The notes below the pieces were generated by a model. The model had not been told where the DNA came from. It did no database searches and saw nothing but the letters and a program-made list of their open reading frames with translations. Made by a program: the position numbers and the translations under genes. 64,000 nt of DNA from the NCBI RefSeq assembly GCF_050294675.1, contig NZ_JBNKON010000032.1, one strand, 5' to 3'. Source of the DNA: Arcobacter sp. (GTDB lineage Bacteria; Campylobacterota; Campylobacteria; Campylobacterales; Arcobacteraceae). Below, in pieces: positions 39,008 to 47,986 of the stretch. The number at the start of each line of letters is the position of its first letter. The stretch's first letter is position 1.

Positions 39008-39313
39008 TTAAACTTGCATTGCCATTATTTGTTTAAATGCACCCATTGCTTTATTTTTAACTTCTAGAGCAAGTTTTAAACTAAGTTCTGCTTCTTCTAT
39101 CTTTTGTACAGCTTCTTGTAAGTTTTCAACTTTTCCAGTAGCAATATTCTCCATAGCTTGATATCCATCAACCTGAGTTTGATTTACTTCTTTTATTGCA
39201 CTATTTAACATTGATGCAAAAGATTCACCTGTATTATCATTATTTTGATCAATCTTTTGAACATCATTTTTATTAAATACATTTGAAATGCCATTAATTC
39301 CTGAAATATCCAT
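39008..39313 (-). CDS. fliE: flagellar hook-basal body complex protein FliE
   Basis: 101 aa. C-terminal LSLKLALEVKNKAMGAFKQIMAMQV is typical of FliE. Confidence 0.85.
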   Translation of the reverse strand: MDISGINGISNVFNKNDVQKIDQNNDNTGESFASMLNSAIKEVNQTQVDGYQAMENIATGKVENLQEAVQKIEEAELSLKLALEVKNKAMGAFKQIMAMQV

Positions 39314-39324
39314 TTAATTCCTCT

Positions 39325-39654
39325 CTAACTAGCTGTTGAAGTGCTATTTTTATTATTTACATCAGTTGTTGTTAACTCACTTAAAAGTTCATCAATCTTC
39401 TGAGTATGGTATTTAAAATCTAGCTCAGCTTTTTTATTGTCAAGATTAAATAATAGTATTAATAATGACAACATTATATTTGATAAAGTTTTTAAAAAAA
39501 TTGTAGCAAATATAATACCTAAGACCATTTCCATCGGCGTAAATAGATGAATATTAAATATGAAAAACAAAGATGTACCAAAAAAACCTAAAGCTACATA
39601 AAATCTAAAAATTCCACTAGCTATAACTGTTTTTGAAAATCTTTCTATTATCAC
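39325..39654 (-). CDS. small membrane protein (2-3 TM), function unknown, between flhG and fliE
   Basis: 109 aa with hydrophobic segments, then a polar tail (DELLSELTTTDVNNKNSTSTAS). Gaps to both neighbours are 11-12 nt. Confidence 0.5.
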   Translation of the reverse strand: MIIERFSKTVIASGIFRFYVALGFFGTSLFFIFNIHLFTPMEMVLGIIFATIFLKTLSNIMLSLLILLFNLDNKKAELDFKYHTQKIDELLSELTTTDVNNKNSTSTAS

Positions 39655-39666
39655 ATTTTATCCAGA

Positions 39667-40494
39667 CTATTTATTTAAATTTTGTAGCAGTGAACTAACA
39701 ATAAACTCCAATTCCTTTGTAACAGTTTGATTTTCAAACTCATTTACAAACAATTTTCTTAGTCTTCCCGTTGTAGAAATATTTTTAGAACTGCTTACAT
39801 TACCTAGATATTTTATCATAAAATCACAATTTAATCTATTTTTAAGTGCAAGATTTTGTAATGAATTAGTTATAGTTTCGCCAATTTTATAGTTTTTTGT
39901 ATGATTGAAGCATAACATAAGCGAATTTTTATCTTTGGAGAGCATTTTCATCAAAGCATAGACATCTGTCAAGGCACTAGGATCTGTTGTAGTTAGTGCC
40001 AAAATATTTGAAGAAATTGTCAAAAATTCTTTTACATATTCATTAAGTCCTGCACCTGTGTCAACTAAAACTATATCAAATTTTTCAATATCTATAATAT
40101 CTTGTACAATTCTAGCCAATACTAAACTATTAGAATGTTTTGAATATTGATAACCACTTTTTCCAGCTATTAAAGTTATATTTGGATACTGCGTTTTTAT
40201 AAATACATCTTCTAAATCTGATTTACCATCAATATAATCAAACATAGTAAGAGTGGGTTTTACATCAAATAAAACCTGCATATTTGCTAATCCAATATCA
40301 GCATCAATTACTCCTACTTTTAATCCAGCTTTTGCAAACAAATATGCAATATTTGCTGTAAAAGTTGACTTACCAACGCCACCTTTCCCTGATGTAATTG
40401 TTAAAAGCTTTGTCTTTGATGGGCTAACTCTATGTTTTCTTTTTGTTAAATTAACTAATTTATTAGCTTGTGTTGAAATAGTATTAATCATCAT
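39667..40494 (-). CDS. flhG: flagellar number regulator FlhG (MinD/ParA-type ATPase)
   Basis: 275 aa. Deviant Walker A SGKGGVGKST. N-terminal (D/T)QA..L-like activator peptide (STQANKLVNL). Directly downstream of flhF. Confidence 0.85.
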   Translation of the reverse strand: MMINTISTQANKLVNLTKRKHRVSPSKTKLLTITSGKGGVGKSTFTANIAYLFAKAGLKVGVIDADIGLANMQVLFDVKPTLTMFDYIDGKSDLEDVFIKTQYPNITLIAGKSGYQYSKHSNSLVLARIVQDIIDIEKFDIVLVDTGAGLNEYVKEFLTISSNILALTTTDPSALTDVYALMKMLSKDKNSLMLCFNHTKNYKIGETITNSLQNLALKNRLNCDFMIKYLGNVSSSKNISTTGRLRKLFVNEFENQTVTKELEFIVSSLLQNLNK

Positions 40495-40498
40495 TTAC

Positions 40499-41659
40499 CT
40501 ATTTAGGGCAAGAGTGTTGCATAAAACATTTAATCAAAAATGATGAATCAGAAACAACTAAATCATCAGGAACATTTTGTCCTATAGAAATATATGTTAT
40601 TGATTTTTTTGTTTTATGGGCAAATGAGATTAAATTACCAAAACTTTTTGTTTCATCTAATTTAGTAAAAGTTAAATAATCAATATTTAGTCTTGAATAA
40701 TTTGTATAAATATCCATTAAATCACTTTGTTTAACATTTGCTGGGAGTACTAAGATTTTCTCAATTGGAAGTTCGTCAACCTTTTTTTGAAACTCATTTA
40801 TTATCTCTATTTTATCAACATCATATTGACTTGAACCAGCTGTATCAATAAAAATATAATTACAATCTTTTAGTCTTAATAATGATTCAACCAAATCTTC
40901 AGGTTTTTTTACCACCTCTAAAGGCAGTCTCATAATATTTGTATATGCTTGTAACTGCTCAATGGCACCTACTCTAAAAGAATCTAATGTAACAACACCA
41001 ACTTTATAGTTTTCTCCTAATTTATAAGCATATCTAGCTGCTAATTTTGCAATTGTTGTAGTTTTCCCAACTCCTGTAGGCCCAACCATCATCATAATTT
41101 TTCTTTGGTGTTTACGAAGTGGTACCTCATTTTTAATAGGAATTATTCTTCTTAATATTAATTTAAAAAAGTCATTTATTTTTTGGGGATTAGACTTCAT
41201 TCCAACAGGTAACTGTTTAATTGTTTTTTTCATGATTGTATATGTCATCTCTTGATCAAACTCATTTGACTCAAAAAGATTATATATATCAACAAATTCC
41301 GGAGGAATAGTTAAATCATAAAGTTGTGATTTAGGATCCCAGATTGATTTTTGGACTTGCTCAATGGCATCTTGCATTTTAAGAATTTCTTCTTTAAAAT
41401 CATAAACTTTTGCAGAAAAATCACTATCTTTTAATTTACTATTTGTTGTTACTATTTTTTTTGTGAAATTTGATGTTTTTTTAGGTCTTTGAATATCTTG
41501 TTCTTCTTCTATTGCAACAACAACTTCATACATACTATTTTTACTTTTAGGATCAGAAATTTTTTTAGTTGATATTACAATTGCATCTTCTCCACACTCC
41601 TCTTGAGCTTTTCTTAGTGCTTTGGTAGGTGTTTCCCCCAAAAAAGACAACATATTCAT
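40499..41659 (-). CDS. flhF: flagellar biosynthesis SRP-type GTPase FlhF
   Basis: 386 aa. G boxes GPTGVGKTTT, DTAG, TKLDE. Confidence 0.9.
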   Translation of the reverse strand: MNMLSFLGETPTKALRKAQEECGEDAIVISTKKISDPKSKNSMYEVVVAIEEEQDIQRPKKTSNFTKKIVTTNSKLKDSDFSAKVYDFKEEILKMQDAIEQVQKSIWDPKSQLYDLTIPPEFVDIYNLFESNEFDQEMTYTIMKKTIKQLPVGMKSNPQKINDFFKLILRRIIPIKNEVPLRKHQRKIMMMVGPTGVGKTTTIAKLAARYAYKLGENYKVGVVTLDSFRVGAIEQLQAYTNIMRLPLEVVKKPEDLVESLLRLKDCNYIFIDTAGSSQYDVDKIEIINEFQKKVDELPIEKILVLPANVKQSDLMDIYTNYSRLNIDYLTFTKLDETKSFGNLISFAHKTKKSITYISIGQNVPDDLVVSDSSFLIKCFMQHSCPK

Positions 41660-42057
41660 CTATCTCTTCCATCTTTATAAATTTTTTCTATTTTTCCATT
41701 ATCTCTTTTTATTTTTATATATTCATCATTTTCATACATTATTTTACCATTTGTTTCAATTTGAATTGAACCAAAGTTAAATATAACTTTATTTTGAGAT
41801 TCTCTTTCTAACTCATCATGACAAATTATTTTGTCTTTTTGTAAATATTTTTTAGAATAATATTTCTCTTTTTTTAATTCTGCAATTGTAATAGGCTTAC
41901 AATCCTCTGGGACTTTTTCTATTTGTGCAAGAAAAATATTTGATGGAGTTATAAGATTTTTATATGGAATATCAATTTTTGCTACAATAACATCAACTGA
42001 AAAAAGTTTTAATGCAAACAAAGAAAAAAAACTAAAAAAACTAAACTTTAATTTCAA
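41656..42057 (-). CDS. flgA: FlgA-like periplasmic P-ring assembly chaperone (short form)
   Basis: 133 aa. Signal peptide, a SAF-like segment, and a C-terminus GSIQIETNGKIMYENDEYIKIKRDNGKIEKIYKDG resembling the FlgA tail (g..i...G.al..g..gd.I.v.n..sgk). The assignment is tentative. Confidence 0.4.
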   Translation of the reverse strand: MKLKFSFFSFFSLFALKLFSVDVIVAKIDIPYKNLITPSNIFLAQIEKVPEDCKPITIAELKKEKYYSKKYLQKDKIICHDELERESQNKVIFNFGSIQIETNGKIMYENDEYIKIKRDNGKIEKIYKDGRDR

Positions 42058-42418
42058 TTATATTTCCTCCGTTTTGATTGGTTAATTCATCAACAATATC
42101 TTTATACATTTGTTGAATAGGAAGAACAATTGATGCTAATTTTGCATTTAAAATATGCAATTCTGTCAACTCTTTTTCTAATAAATCTACATCTTCCCTA
42201 TATATATTTATATCAATTCCTTCTTGCATTTTTTTAACTAATTCATTATTTAAATTTTGTCTTAAATCAATTATTTTATCCATACAATCTTGTTTTTGAT
42301 CATTTCTATCTAAAAGCTTTTCATGCTTGGCTGCTTTAATATCTTCAATATCACTATTTATTAAATCTTTCATTTTGAAAACTAAAGAACTCATCTCATC
42401 TGTAATATTTTTTATCAT
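42041..42418 (-). CDS. FlgN-like helical protein (possible export chaperone)
   Basis: 125 aa, all-helical. The pattern IEDIKAAKHEKLLDRNDQKQDCMDKI resembles FlgN. The assignment is tentative. Confidence 0.35.
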   Translation of the reverse strand: MIKNITDEMSSLVFKMKDLINSDIEDIKAAKHEKLLDRNDQKQDCMDKIIDLRQNLNNELVKKMQEGIDINIYREDVDLLEKELTELHILNAKLASIVLPIQQMYKDIVDELTNQNGGNIIEIKV

Positions 42419-42439
42419 TTTATTACCTAATTTAAACTA

Positions 42440-42727
42440 TTATTTTTTGCTCAAAAACTCATATAGCATATTACTTATACCCATTCCACCTGCAACATCA
42501 CTTGATACAGCATCAGTGTACATTCCTTTTATAATATCAGAACCAGCACCTTCACCTGCTAATGTAGAAGAACTTAAAGATATATCCATAATCTGCTTTA
42601 AAAAAAATGCTTCAAAATTATCACATACATCTTTTAATTTTTTATCATCTAAATTTTTAGTATTAACTTTGTCAAATTTTTTTTGGTTAAGCGTCGAAAT
42701 ATCAACATTATTAGCTAATTCTATCAT
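42440..42727 (-). CDS. rod-binding protein (FlgJ N-terminal domain only)
   Basis: 95 aa. FEAFFLKQIMDISL matches the Rod_binding signature (FEA.FL.QML). No muramidase domain is present. Confidence 0.65.
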   Translation of the reverse strand: MIELANNVDISTLNQKKFDKVNTKNLDDKKLKDVCDNFEAFFLKQIMDISLSSSTLAGEGAGSDIIKGMYTDAVSSDVAGGMGISNMLYEFLSKK

Positions 42728-43494
42728 TGTTCCAACCTATCAAAGAAATTCTCTTTTTCTAATATATTTTTTTGCTCTGTTGAAGAGACAAATCTAATTT
42801 CAACTCTTCTATTTTCAGCTGCATTTTCACTTTTTGGTCTATAAGAGCTATATGCAGATACTTTTAATTGTGCAGGATCTATTCTATTTTTAATTAACTC
42901 TTTCACAACAGATATTGATCTCAATGCTGAAATATCCCAACCATCTCTTGGTATAGTGTCACTTGAAAAATTGCTTCTATCAGTATAACCAATTATTTCT
43001 ATATCAAAAGTTTGAGGCATGGTTCTAATTACCCTTGCTATTTTAGAAATAAATCTTTTGGCTGATTTATTATTTAATTCATATTCACCTTCATCAAACA
43101 TTAATGAAGAAGGAACATCTAATGTAAACTCATTATTCCCTTCTGTAATTTGAACTTGCTCACTTTGTGTTGAAGTTTGTTCATTTACTTCATCAGCAAT
43201 TTGAGTCATCTCTTCTACAGCTGATTGTGTATCTTGTGCATTTGCATCGCCATCATTACTAGCATCTTTAGATGTATTTGTTGCTTCATCTCTTTTTACA
43301 GTATCTTGAGTTTGATCTAAGAAACCCATTGCTTTTCTCATAATTTCAAAATACTCTTCAACTTTCTTCTTATCCATAACTGCCATAGATAATAAAAGAA
43401 TAAAGAATGTAAGTAAAAGTGACATCAAATCACCAAATTGTACTAGCCAACCTGGTAAACATTTAGGACAATCAGGACATTTTTTATCAGCCAT
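42724..43494 (-). CDS. motB: flagellar stator protein MotB
   Basis: 256 aa. N-terminal CPDCPKC, then the plug/TM segment with the conserved Asp (QFGDLMSLLLTFFILL). OmpA-like C-terminus (NRRVEI). Confidence 0.9.
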   Translation of the reverse strand: MADKKCPDCPKCLPGWLVQFGDLMSLLLTFFILLLSMAVMDKKKVEEYFEIMRKAMGFLDQTQDTVKRDEATNTSKDASNDGDANAQDTQSAVEEMTQIADEVNEQTSTQSEQVQITEGNNEFTLDVPSSLMFDEGEYELNNKSAKRFISKIARVIRTMPQTFDIEIIGYTDRSNFSSDTIPRDGWDISALRSISVVKELIKNRIDPAQLKVSAYSSYRPKSENAAENRRVEIRFVSSTEQKNILEKENFFDRLEQ

Positions 43495-43506
43495 TTTTAT
43501 ACTTTA

Positions 43507-44262
43507 TCATTGAGGAGCTTCAACTAACATTGCATTTAGTTTCATTTTGATATTACCAATTGATTCTTCTGCAGAAATCATTGCAGTACCACTTATAATA
43601 ACTTCACATGCAGTCACTTCTGTCTTATGCTTTTGAGCAAGTTTTGACTCAATTAAACCTGCCATAAGTGTACCTGTAAGTGCACCATACATTGTTGTAA
43701 GTAATGCAACAGCCATTGCAGGTCCAACAGCAGCAGGGTCAGAAAGATTAGCAAGCATAGCAACAAGCCCTACTAGTGTACCAATCATCCCCATAGCACC
43801 TGCTGTTCCCCCCATATTTCCAAAAACACTTATTAAAGAAGTATGTCTTTTATCCATATGTTCTAATTTTAATTCTAACAAAGGTACCAATACATCAGGT
43901 TTTGTTCCATCAACTAGAAGTTGAAATGCCTCTTTAAAAAAAGCATTATTTTCAGCTAGAACCTTTTGCTCAATTTGCATAACACCATGCTTTTTTATCT
44001 CTGTAGCATAAAAAATTATTTTCTCAATTAGTTCAGGTAATGGCTCAATTTTAGATTCATTTAATGCTACTTTAAAACCTGCAGTAATTCTTTTCAATTC
44101 TGATGGCTGAAATTGACCAGCTGTTACAGCTATTGTTCCTCCAAATACAATAAAAATTGAAGGAATATCTATATAAGGTCCAAAACCAACTCCACCTAAC
44201 ATAATTGCAAGGGCAACTAGTACCCATCCACCAACTAAGCCCCCAAGAGTACTTTTATCCAT
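43507..44262 (-). CDS. motA: flagellar stator protein MotA
   Basis: 251 aa, 4 TM. Conserved C-terminal TM3/4 region GMIGTLVGLV...GPAMAVALLTTMYG. Confidence 0.9.
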   Translation of the reverse strand: MDKSTLGGLVGGWVLVALAIMLGGVGFGPYIDIPSIFIVFGGTIAVTAGQFQPSELKRITAGFKVALNESKIEPLPELIEKIIFYATEIKKHGVMQIEQKVLAENNAFFKEAFQLLVDGTKPDVLVPLLELKLEHMDKRHTSLISVFGNMGGTAGAMGMIGTLVGLVAMLANLSDPAAVGPAMAVALLTTMYGALTGTLMAGLIESKLAQKHKTEVTACEVIISGTAMISAEESIGNIKMKLNAMLVEAPQ

Positions 44263-44265
44263 TTG

Positions 44266-45168
44266 CTATCCTAATCCTATTTGACTTAATCTTGATGAAT
44301 CATTACCAATATTTTTAATTTTTAAACCAAATTTTCCCTCAACAATAACAGCTTCACCTTCACCAATTTTAATACCATTAACTAAAATATCTAAAGGCTC
44401 ATTTACCATTTGTTCTAACTCTATAATTTCACCAATATCCCATTTTAAAATATCTTTTAATAAAAATAATTTTGTTCCAAGCCTAACACTTAGTTTTAAT
44501 TTTATATCAAAAAGAAGTTTTAAATTTTTAGATGACTCTTCAGATAATAATGAGTCAATACCACTAGTAGATGGTATCGAAGAAAAATTTTGACCTACAT
44601 CATTTTGCAAATTTGTATCACTTATATTAGAATTATTTTCAACAGCTTCATTCCCAGTTATTCCAGATAAAAAAGGAAGCATAATATCATCAAAACCAAT
44701 AATCACTTCCGAAATAGAATTATCTAAATTTAGTTTAAAAGAGTAGGTATTTTCATTATTTTCTCTTTCACTACACTCAACTATCTTTGAACCAAGAATA
44801 ACATGCTTTAGACCAGAAATATCAGGAAAACCTTGTGCATTTGTAGAAGTAGATATACTTCCACAAATGTTAGATACAATTTCATTAACTGCATCTGTTA
44901 TTTCATCATCAATATGCTCTTTTAAGTCACCTGTTCCACCAAGCATTAAATACTCAAACTTTGCAGCACTTGATGTTGGAATAAAAAAATTCCAATTTGA
45001 TACAATATCTTTGAATTCAAATTTTACATCAATCTCTACACATTGAGAAGAATCAACCTTCGAAAAATCAGCTACTTCAACACTCTCACATTTAGTTGGT
45101 TGAGAAAGTAATTGTTCTAAAGTGTTTGATAATTCATCTTTTAATATATTTGATAAATCAGATGCCAA
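44266..45168 (-). CDS. fliY: flagellar motor switch protein FliY (CheC-like middle domain + FliN/SpoA C-terminal domain)
   Basis: 300 aa. The C-terminal 80 aa, LSVRLGTKLFLLKDILKWDIGEIIELEQ...LDILVNGIKIGEGEAVIV, form a SpoA fold. The N-terminus lacks an EIDALL-type peptide. Confidence 0.65.
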   Translation of the reverse strand: MASDLSNILKDELSNTLEQLLSQPTKCESVEVADFSKVDSSQCVEIDVKFEFKDIVSNWNFFIPTSSAAKFEYLMLGGTGDLKEHIDDEITDAVNEIVSNICGSISTSTNAQGFPDISGLKHVILGSKIVECSERENNENTYSFKLNLDNSISEVIIGFDDIMLPFLSGITGNEAVENNSNISDTNLQNDVGQNFSSIPSTSGIDSLLSEESSKNLKLLFDIKLKLSVRLGTKLFLLKDILKWDIGEIIELEQMVNEPLDILVNGIKIGEGEAVIVEGKFGLKIKNIGNDSSRLSQIGLG

Positions 45169-45181
45169 AACTAAACCTTAA

Positions 45182-45496
45182 TTATTTTTTATTTAAATCT
45201 TCTATTAACTCATTTAAATGAGCTTTTACCTTCATCATATCTTCTGTTGGATATTTAAATTCTGCATCACCTCTTGTAACTTTTACAAAAAAGTCTTTGC
45301 TCTCTTTGTTATATCCAAACTTTACATTGTCTAAGACAACTTCATTAATAGAGTTTGTTTGCTCATTAGGTTTTACGTTTTTATACTTTTCATCGGGTAC
45401 AATTCTATCTTTTTCATCTACCTCTTGTACCTTTTTGATTTTAATTTCATGATTTGCTTTTGCAACATCGATTTCAGGTATTCTACCAATTTCCAT
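45182..45496 (-). CDS. flaG: flagellar protein FlaG
   Basis: 104 aa. The pattern VKFGYNKESKDFFVKVTRGDAEFKYPTEDMMKVKAHLNE is typical of the FlaG family. Confidence 0.6.
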   Translation of the reverse strand: MEIGRIPEIDVAKANHEIKIKKVQEVDEKDRIVPDEKYKNVKPNEQTNSINEVVLDNVKFGYNKESKDFFVKVTRGDAEFKYPTEDMMKVKAHLNELIEDLNKK

Positions 45497-45579
45497 AGCT
45501 TCTCCTTTATCAATTTATTTTAAATGATTATATCTAAAAAAATTTAAATTAAGAAATTTTGAATTAAATTACTTAAAAA

Positions 45580-47589
45580 TTAGAGTGCTTCTAGTAATTT
45601 TTCAAATCCCTCTAATTTAAAATCTATCATATCATCTAAATAAGGTTTTAATAAAAACTGCTTTGCACTACTTATTTTTAACTCTTGGATTAATTGAACT
45701 CCCGTTAAAAAATCTGCTCCACTATCATTTAATAACCCTTTTATTAGTGAAATCTGAACTGAGGCTTCATTATAATTTCCATCATCTAAATAACAAGCAA
45801 CTGTTAAATACATTGTATATTTATCTTCAAGTTTATATTCACTTTGTAGAGTTTCAAGTAGTTTAAGAGCTTTTTTAGGATAACCATCATGTAAAAGCTT
45901 TAAAGCCTTTGTTCTTAAATAAGTAGGTGTAATATTACTCTCCATACTAAAATCAGCTTTATTAAATAAACCTAAAGCTTTTAATAAATCAACATAATAT
46001 TGTGTAATTAATATTGAACCATCTAAAAAGTTATTATTTATTTTTAAAGGAACTGTATCTTGAAGTCTTGAAAAATATGAAAAATCATTTTCATTTTCCC
46101 TTTTTATTACTTTTTTTATTAAGAATGTTAAGGGTTCTTTAAAATTATCTTTTATAAGTGGCTCATCTATTGTTGCTTCGCCAGCTTCAAACTTTGGCAA
46201 AAAGTTTAATGCCTTATAAAAAATAGTTTTTGAATAGTGTTTAGGTTCAGTAGAGACTCCAATATTTTCATTAATAATCAAATTATATATTTTTTGCCCA
46301 AAATATTGGTACATACCTTTTTTAAGTTTTACATTAGTATCTAAGTAATCTTTATCTTTAAGAGTAGTATTTGATCTAATTGCAGTAATTAATGTCATAA
46401 CAGAATATAGCTTATTTCCAGGATTTAATTTTGTTGCTTGTTCAAAATATTTTAGAGCATTATAAAAATCATCTATTTGAGCATAAGATAAACCTAAATT
46501 ATAGTATATATAAGATTTTGTATCTTTATTTAGCATTTTTTTAAGTTCAGTAACTTTTTTAATTGGATCTTTTTTAATCAATTCTAAAAACTTAGCATTG
46601 TATGTAATCATATCATCTAAATTTTCTAAACTTTGTTCATCTTTAAAAATAAAACCTTTAGTAGAGTCATAAATTATCTCTTCATTATCAGAAAAAATAT
46701 AAGGGGCGTAATAATATATATAATCAATTTTTCTATTTAAATCAAATTTTGTTACAAAATTAAAATACTCTTTAGGTGAATATTTATCTTTATTAAAAAA
46801 CATTTTTAATTCTAACTCTTTATTTGCTTCAAATGCAGATCTTCTATTTTGTATAATAGTTAAATTTTCATCTAATTTTTTAAGATTATTTGATTTTAAA
46901 TTACTAAAAATCATAAACCATAAAATTTTATCTTTCATTTTTAAATTGACACTATCTTCATAAGCTTTTGAAAGTAATAAATCAGCTTTTTCATAATTTC
47001 TTAGTTTTATAAAAAGAAGTGCTTTTTTTAAATCAGAAGCATAATCCATTGATTCTAAAAGTTTTAATGACATTTCATAATCTTTTAATATGATATAAGT
47101 ATCAGCAACCAATCTTTTCCCATGCTCTGACAAATCTTTTCTAGTTTTAGCTATTTCAATAATTTTCTTTAAAAATTTTTTATTATCAGAAATTAAGTAT
47201 AAATAATAACATGCTGACATATAAGAGTATGTATTTTTTGTCATTGCTTCTTCATGATTATATATTCTTTCTAAATATATTTTTGCATTATGAACTGAGT
47301 TTAATTTGTAATATGCGATTCCTATATTCAAATAAGATGGTATTTGTAAGAATTTTGATGTCTTTTTTAAAATATCTATTGCTTTTAGGTATTCACCCTT
47401 TTCTAAAAGTAAAACCGCTTCATTAAATTGAATTTGTTGAGATAAATTTTTTTGATTTTTTGTTAACTCATTATATTTGAAAATTATTTCTGGTTGAGAT
47501 TCAACTTTAGAAACATCTTCTGCAAATAGAAAAGTTTTTGAAAAAAGAATTAATAAAAAAAAGAAAAACTTTTTTTTTAATATAAACAA
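45580..47589 (-). CDS. secreted TPR repeat protein embedded in the flagellar run
   Basis: 669 aa. Signal peptide, then clear TPR units (e.g. YYNLGLSYAQIDDFYNALKYFEQATKLNPGN; LNIGIAYYKLNSVHNAKIYLERIY). Confidence 0.6.
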   Translation of the reverse strand: MFILKKKFFFFLLILFSKTFLFAEDVSKVESQPEIIFKYNELTKNQKNLSQQIQFNEAVLLLEKGEYLKAIDILKKTSKFLQIPSYLNIGIAYYKLNSVHNAKIYLERIYNHEEAMTKNTYSYMSACYYLYLISDNKKFLKKIIEIAKTRKDLSEHGKRLVADTYIILKDYEMSLKLLESMDYASDLKKALLFIKLRNYEKADLLLSKAYEDSVNLKMKDKILWFMIFSNLKSNNLKKLDENLTIIQNRRSAFEANKELELKMFFNKDKYSPKEYFNFVTKFDLNRKIDYIYYYAPYIFSDNEEIIYDSTKGFIFKDEQSLENLDDMITYNAKFLELIKKDPIKKVTELKKMLNKDTKSYIYYNLGLSYAQIDDFYNALKYFEQATKLNPGNKLYSVMTLITAIRSNTTLKDKDYLDTNVKLKKGMYQYFGQKIYNLIINENIGVSTEPKHYSKTIFYKALNFLPKFEAGEATIDEPLIKDNFKEPLTFLIKKVIKRENENDFSYFSRLQDTVPLKINNNFLDGSILITQYYVDLLKALGLFNKADFSMESNITPTYLRTKALKLLHDGYPKKALKLLETLQSEYKLEDKYTMYLTVACYLDDGNYNEASVQISLIKGLLNDSGADFLTGVQLIQELKISSAKQFLLKPYLDDMIDFKLEGFEKLLEAL

Positions 47590-47607
47590 TTTAATGACAT
47601 TCTCCTA

Positions 47608-47937
47608 TTAAATCATAGTATTAACTTGAGCATAAAGCTCTTCAGACCTTTTTTTAAGTTTGTCAATTTGGTGTCTTAACTCATTGTTTTGTAATTTAAC
47701 ATCTCGTAAATCATTTCTTGCAACTGAAAGATTATTTTCAGTACTTTTAATTGCTTCATCTTGAGCTATAACCTGTTTATTATATCTATCCATCAATTGT
47801 GTATATTTATTTTTCTCTTCTTCTAATATATTCTTTTCTTCATTAACTTTTACATATAAAGACCTATAAACATTAGTTGTAGAAAAATAGTATAAAAACA
47901 TAATCATTAAAAATAGAATCAATAAAAAATTTTCCAA
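47608..47937 (-). CDS. single-TM coiled-coil protein, function unknown
   Basis: 109 aa. TTG start preceded by AGAGGA. N-terminal TM segment LLILFLMIMFLYYF, then about 80 aa of heptad-rich sequence. Confidence 0.45.
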   Translation of the reverse strand: MENFLLILFLMIMFLYYFSTTNVYRSLYVKVNEEKNILEEEKNKYTQLMDRYNKQVIAQDEAIKSTENNLSVARNDLRDVKLQNNELRHQIDKLKKRSEELYAQVNTMI

Positions 47938-47954
47938 AATTATCCTCTTTAAAA

Positions 47955-47980
47955 AAATAGATAGAAAAATCTATCTATTT
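47955..47980 (-). terminator. rho-independent terminator-like hairpin after flgE
   Basis: The minus strand reads aaatagatag-attttt-ctatctattt followed by tttt. It starts 7 nt after the flgE stop. Confidence 0.5.
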
Positions 47981-47986
47981 TATTTA

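Noticed and set aside
42327-42797. 156-aa plus-strand ORF
   Set aside because: It runs antisense across three well-spaced minus-strand genes (the FlgN-like gene, the rod-binding gene and the end of motB) and has low-complexity composition.
44266-45168. Possibility that the 300-aa switch protein is FliM
   Set aside because: It lacks the N-terminal EIDALL peptide and the FliM middle-domain length. Its C-terminus is a clear FliN/SpoA domain preceded by a CheC-like region, which fits FliY.
47570-47578. T9 homopolymer in the first codons of the TPR gene (KKK) as a phase-variation tract
   Set aside because: A/T runs of this length are frequent throughout the window. I found no G or C tract longer than 5 anywhere, so there is no Campylobacter-style contingency locus.
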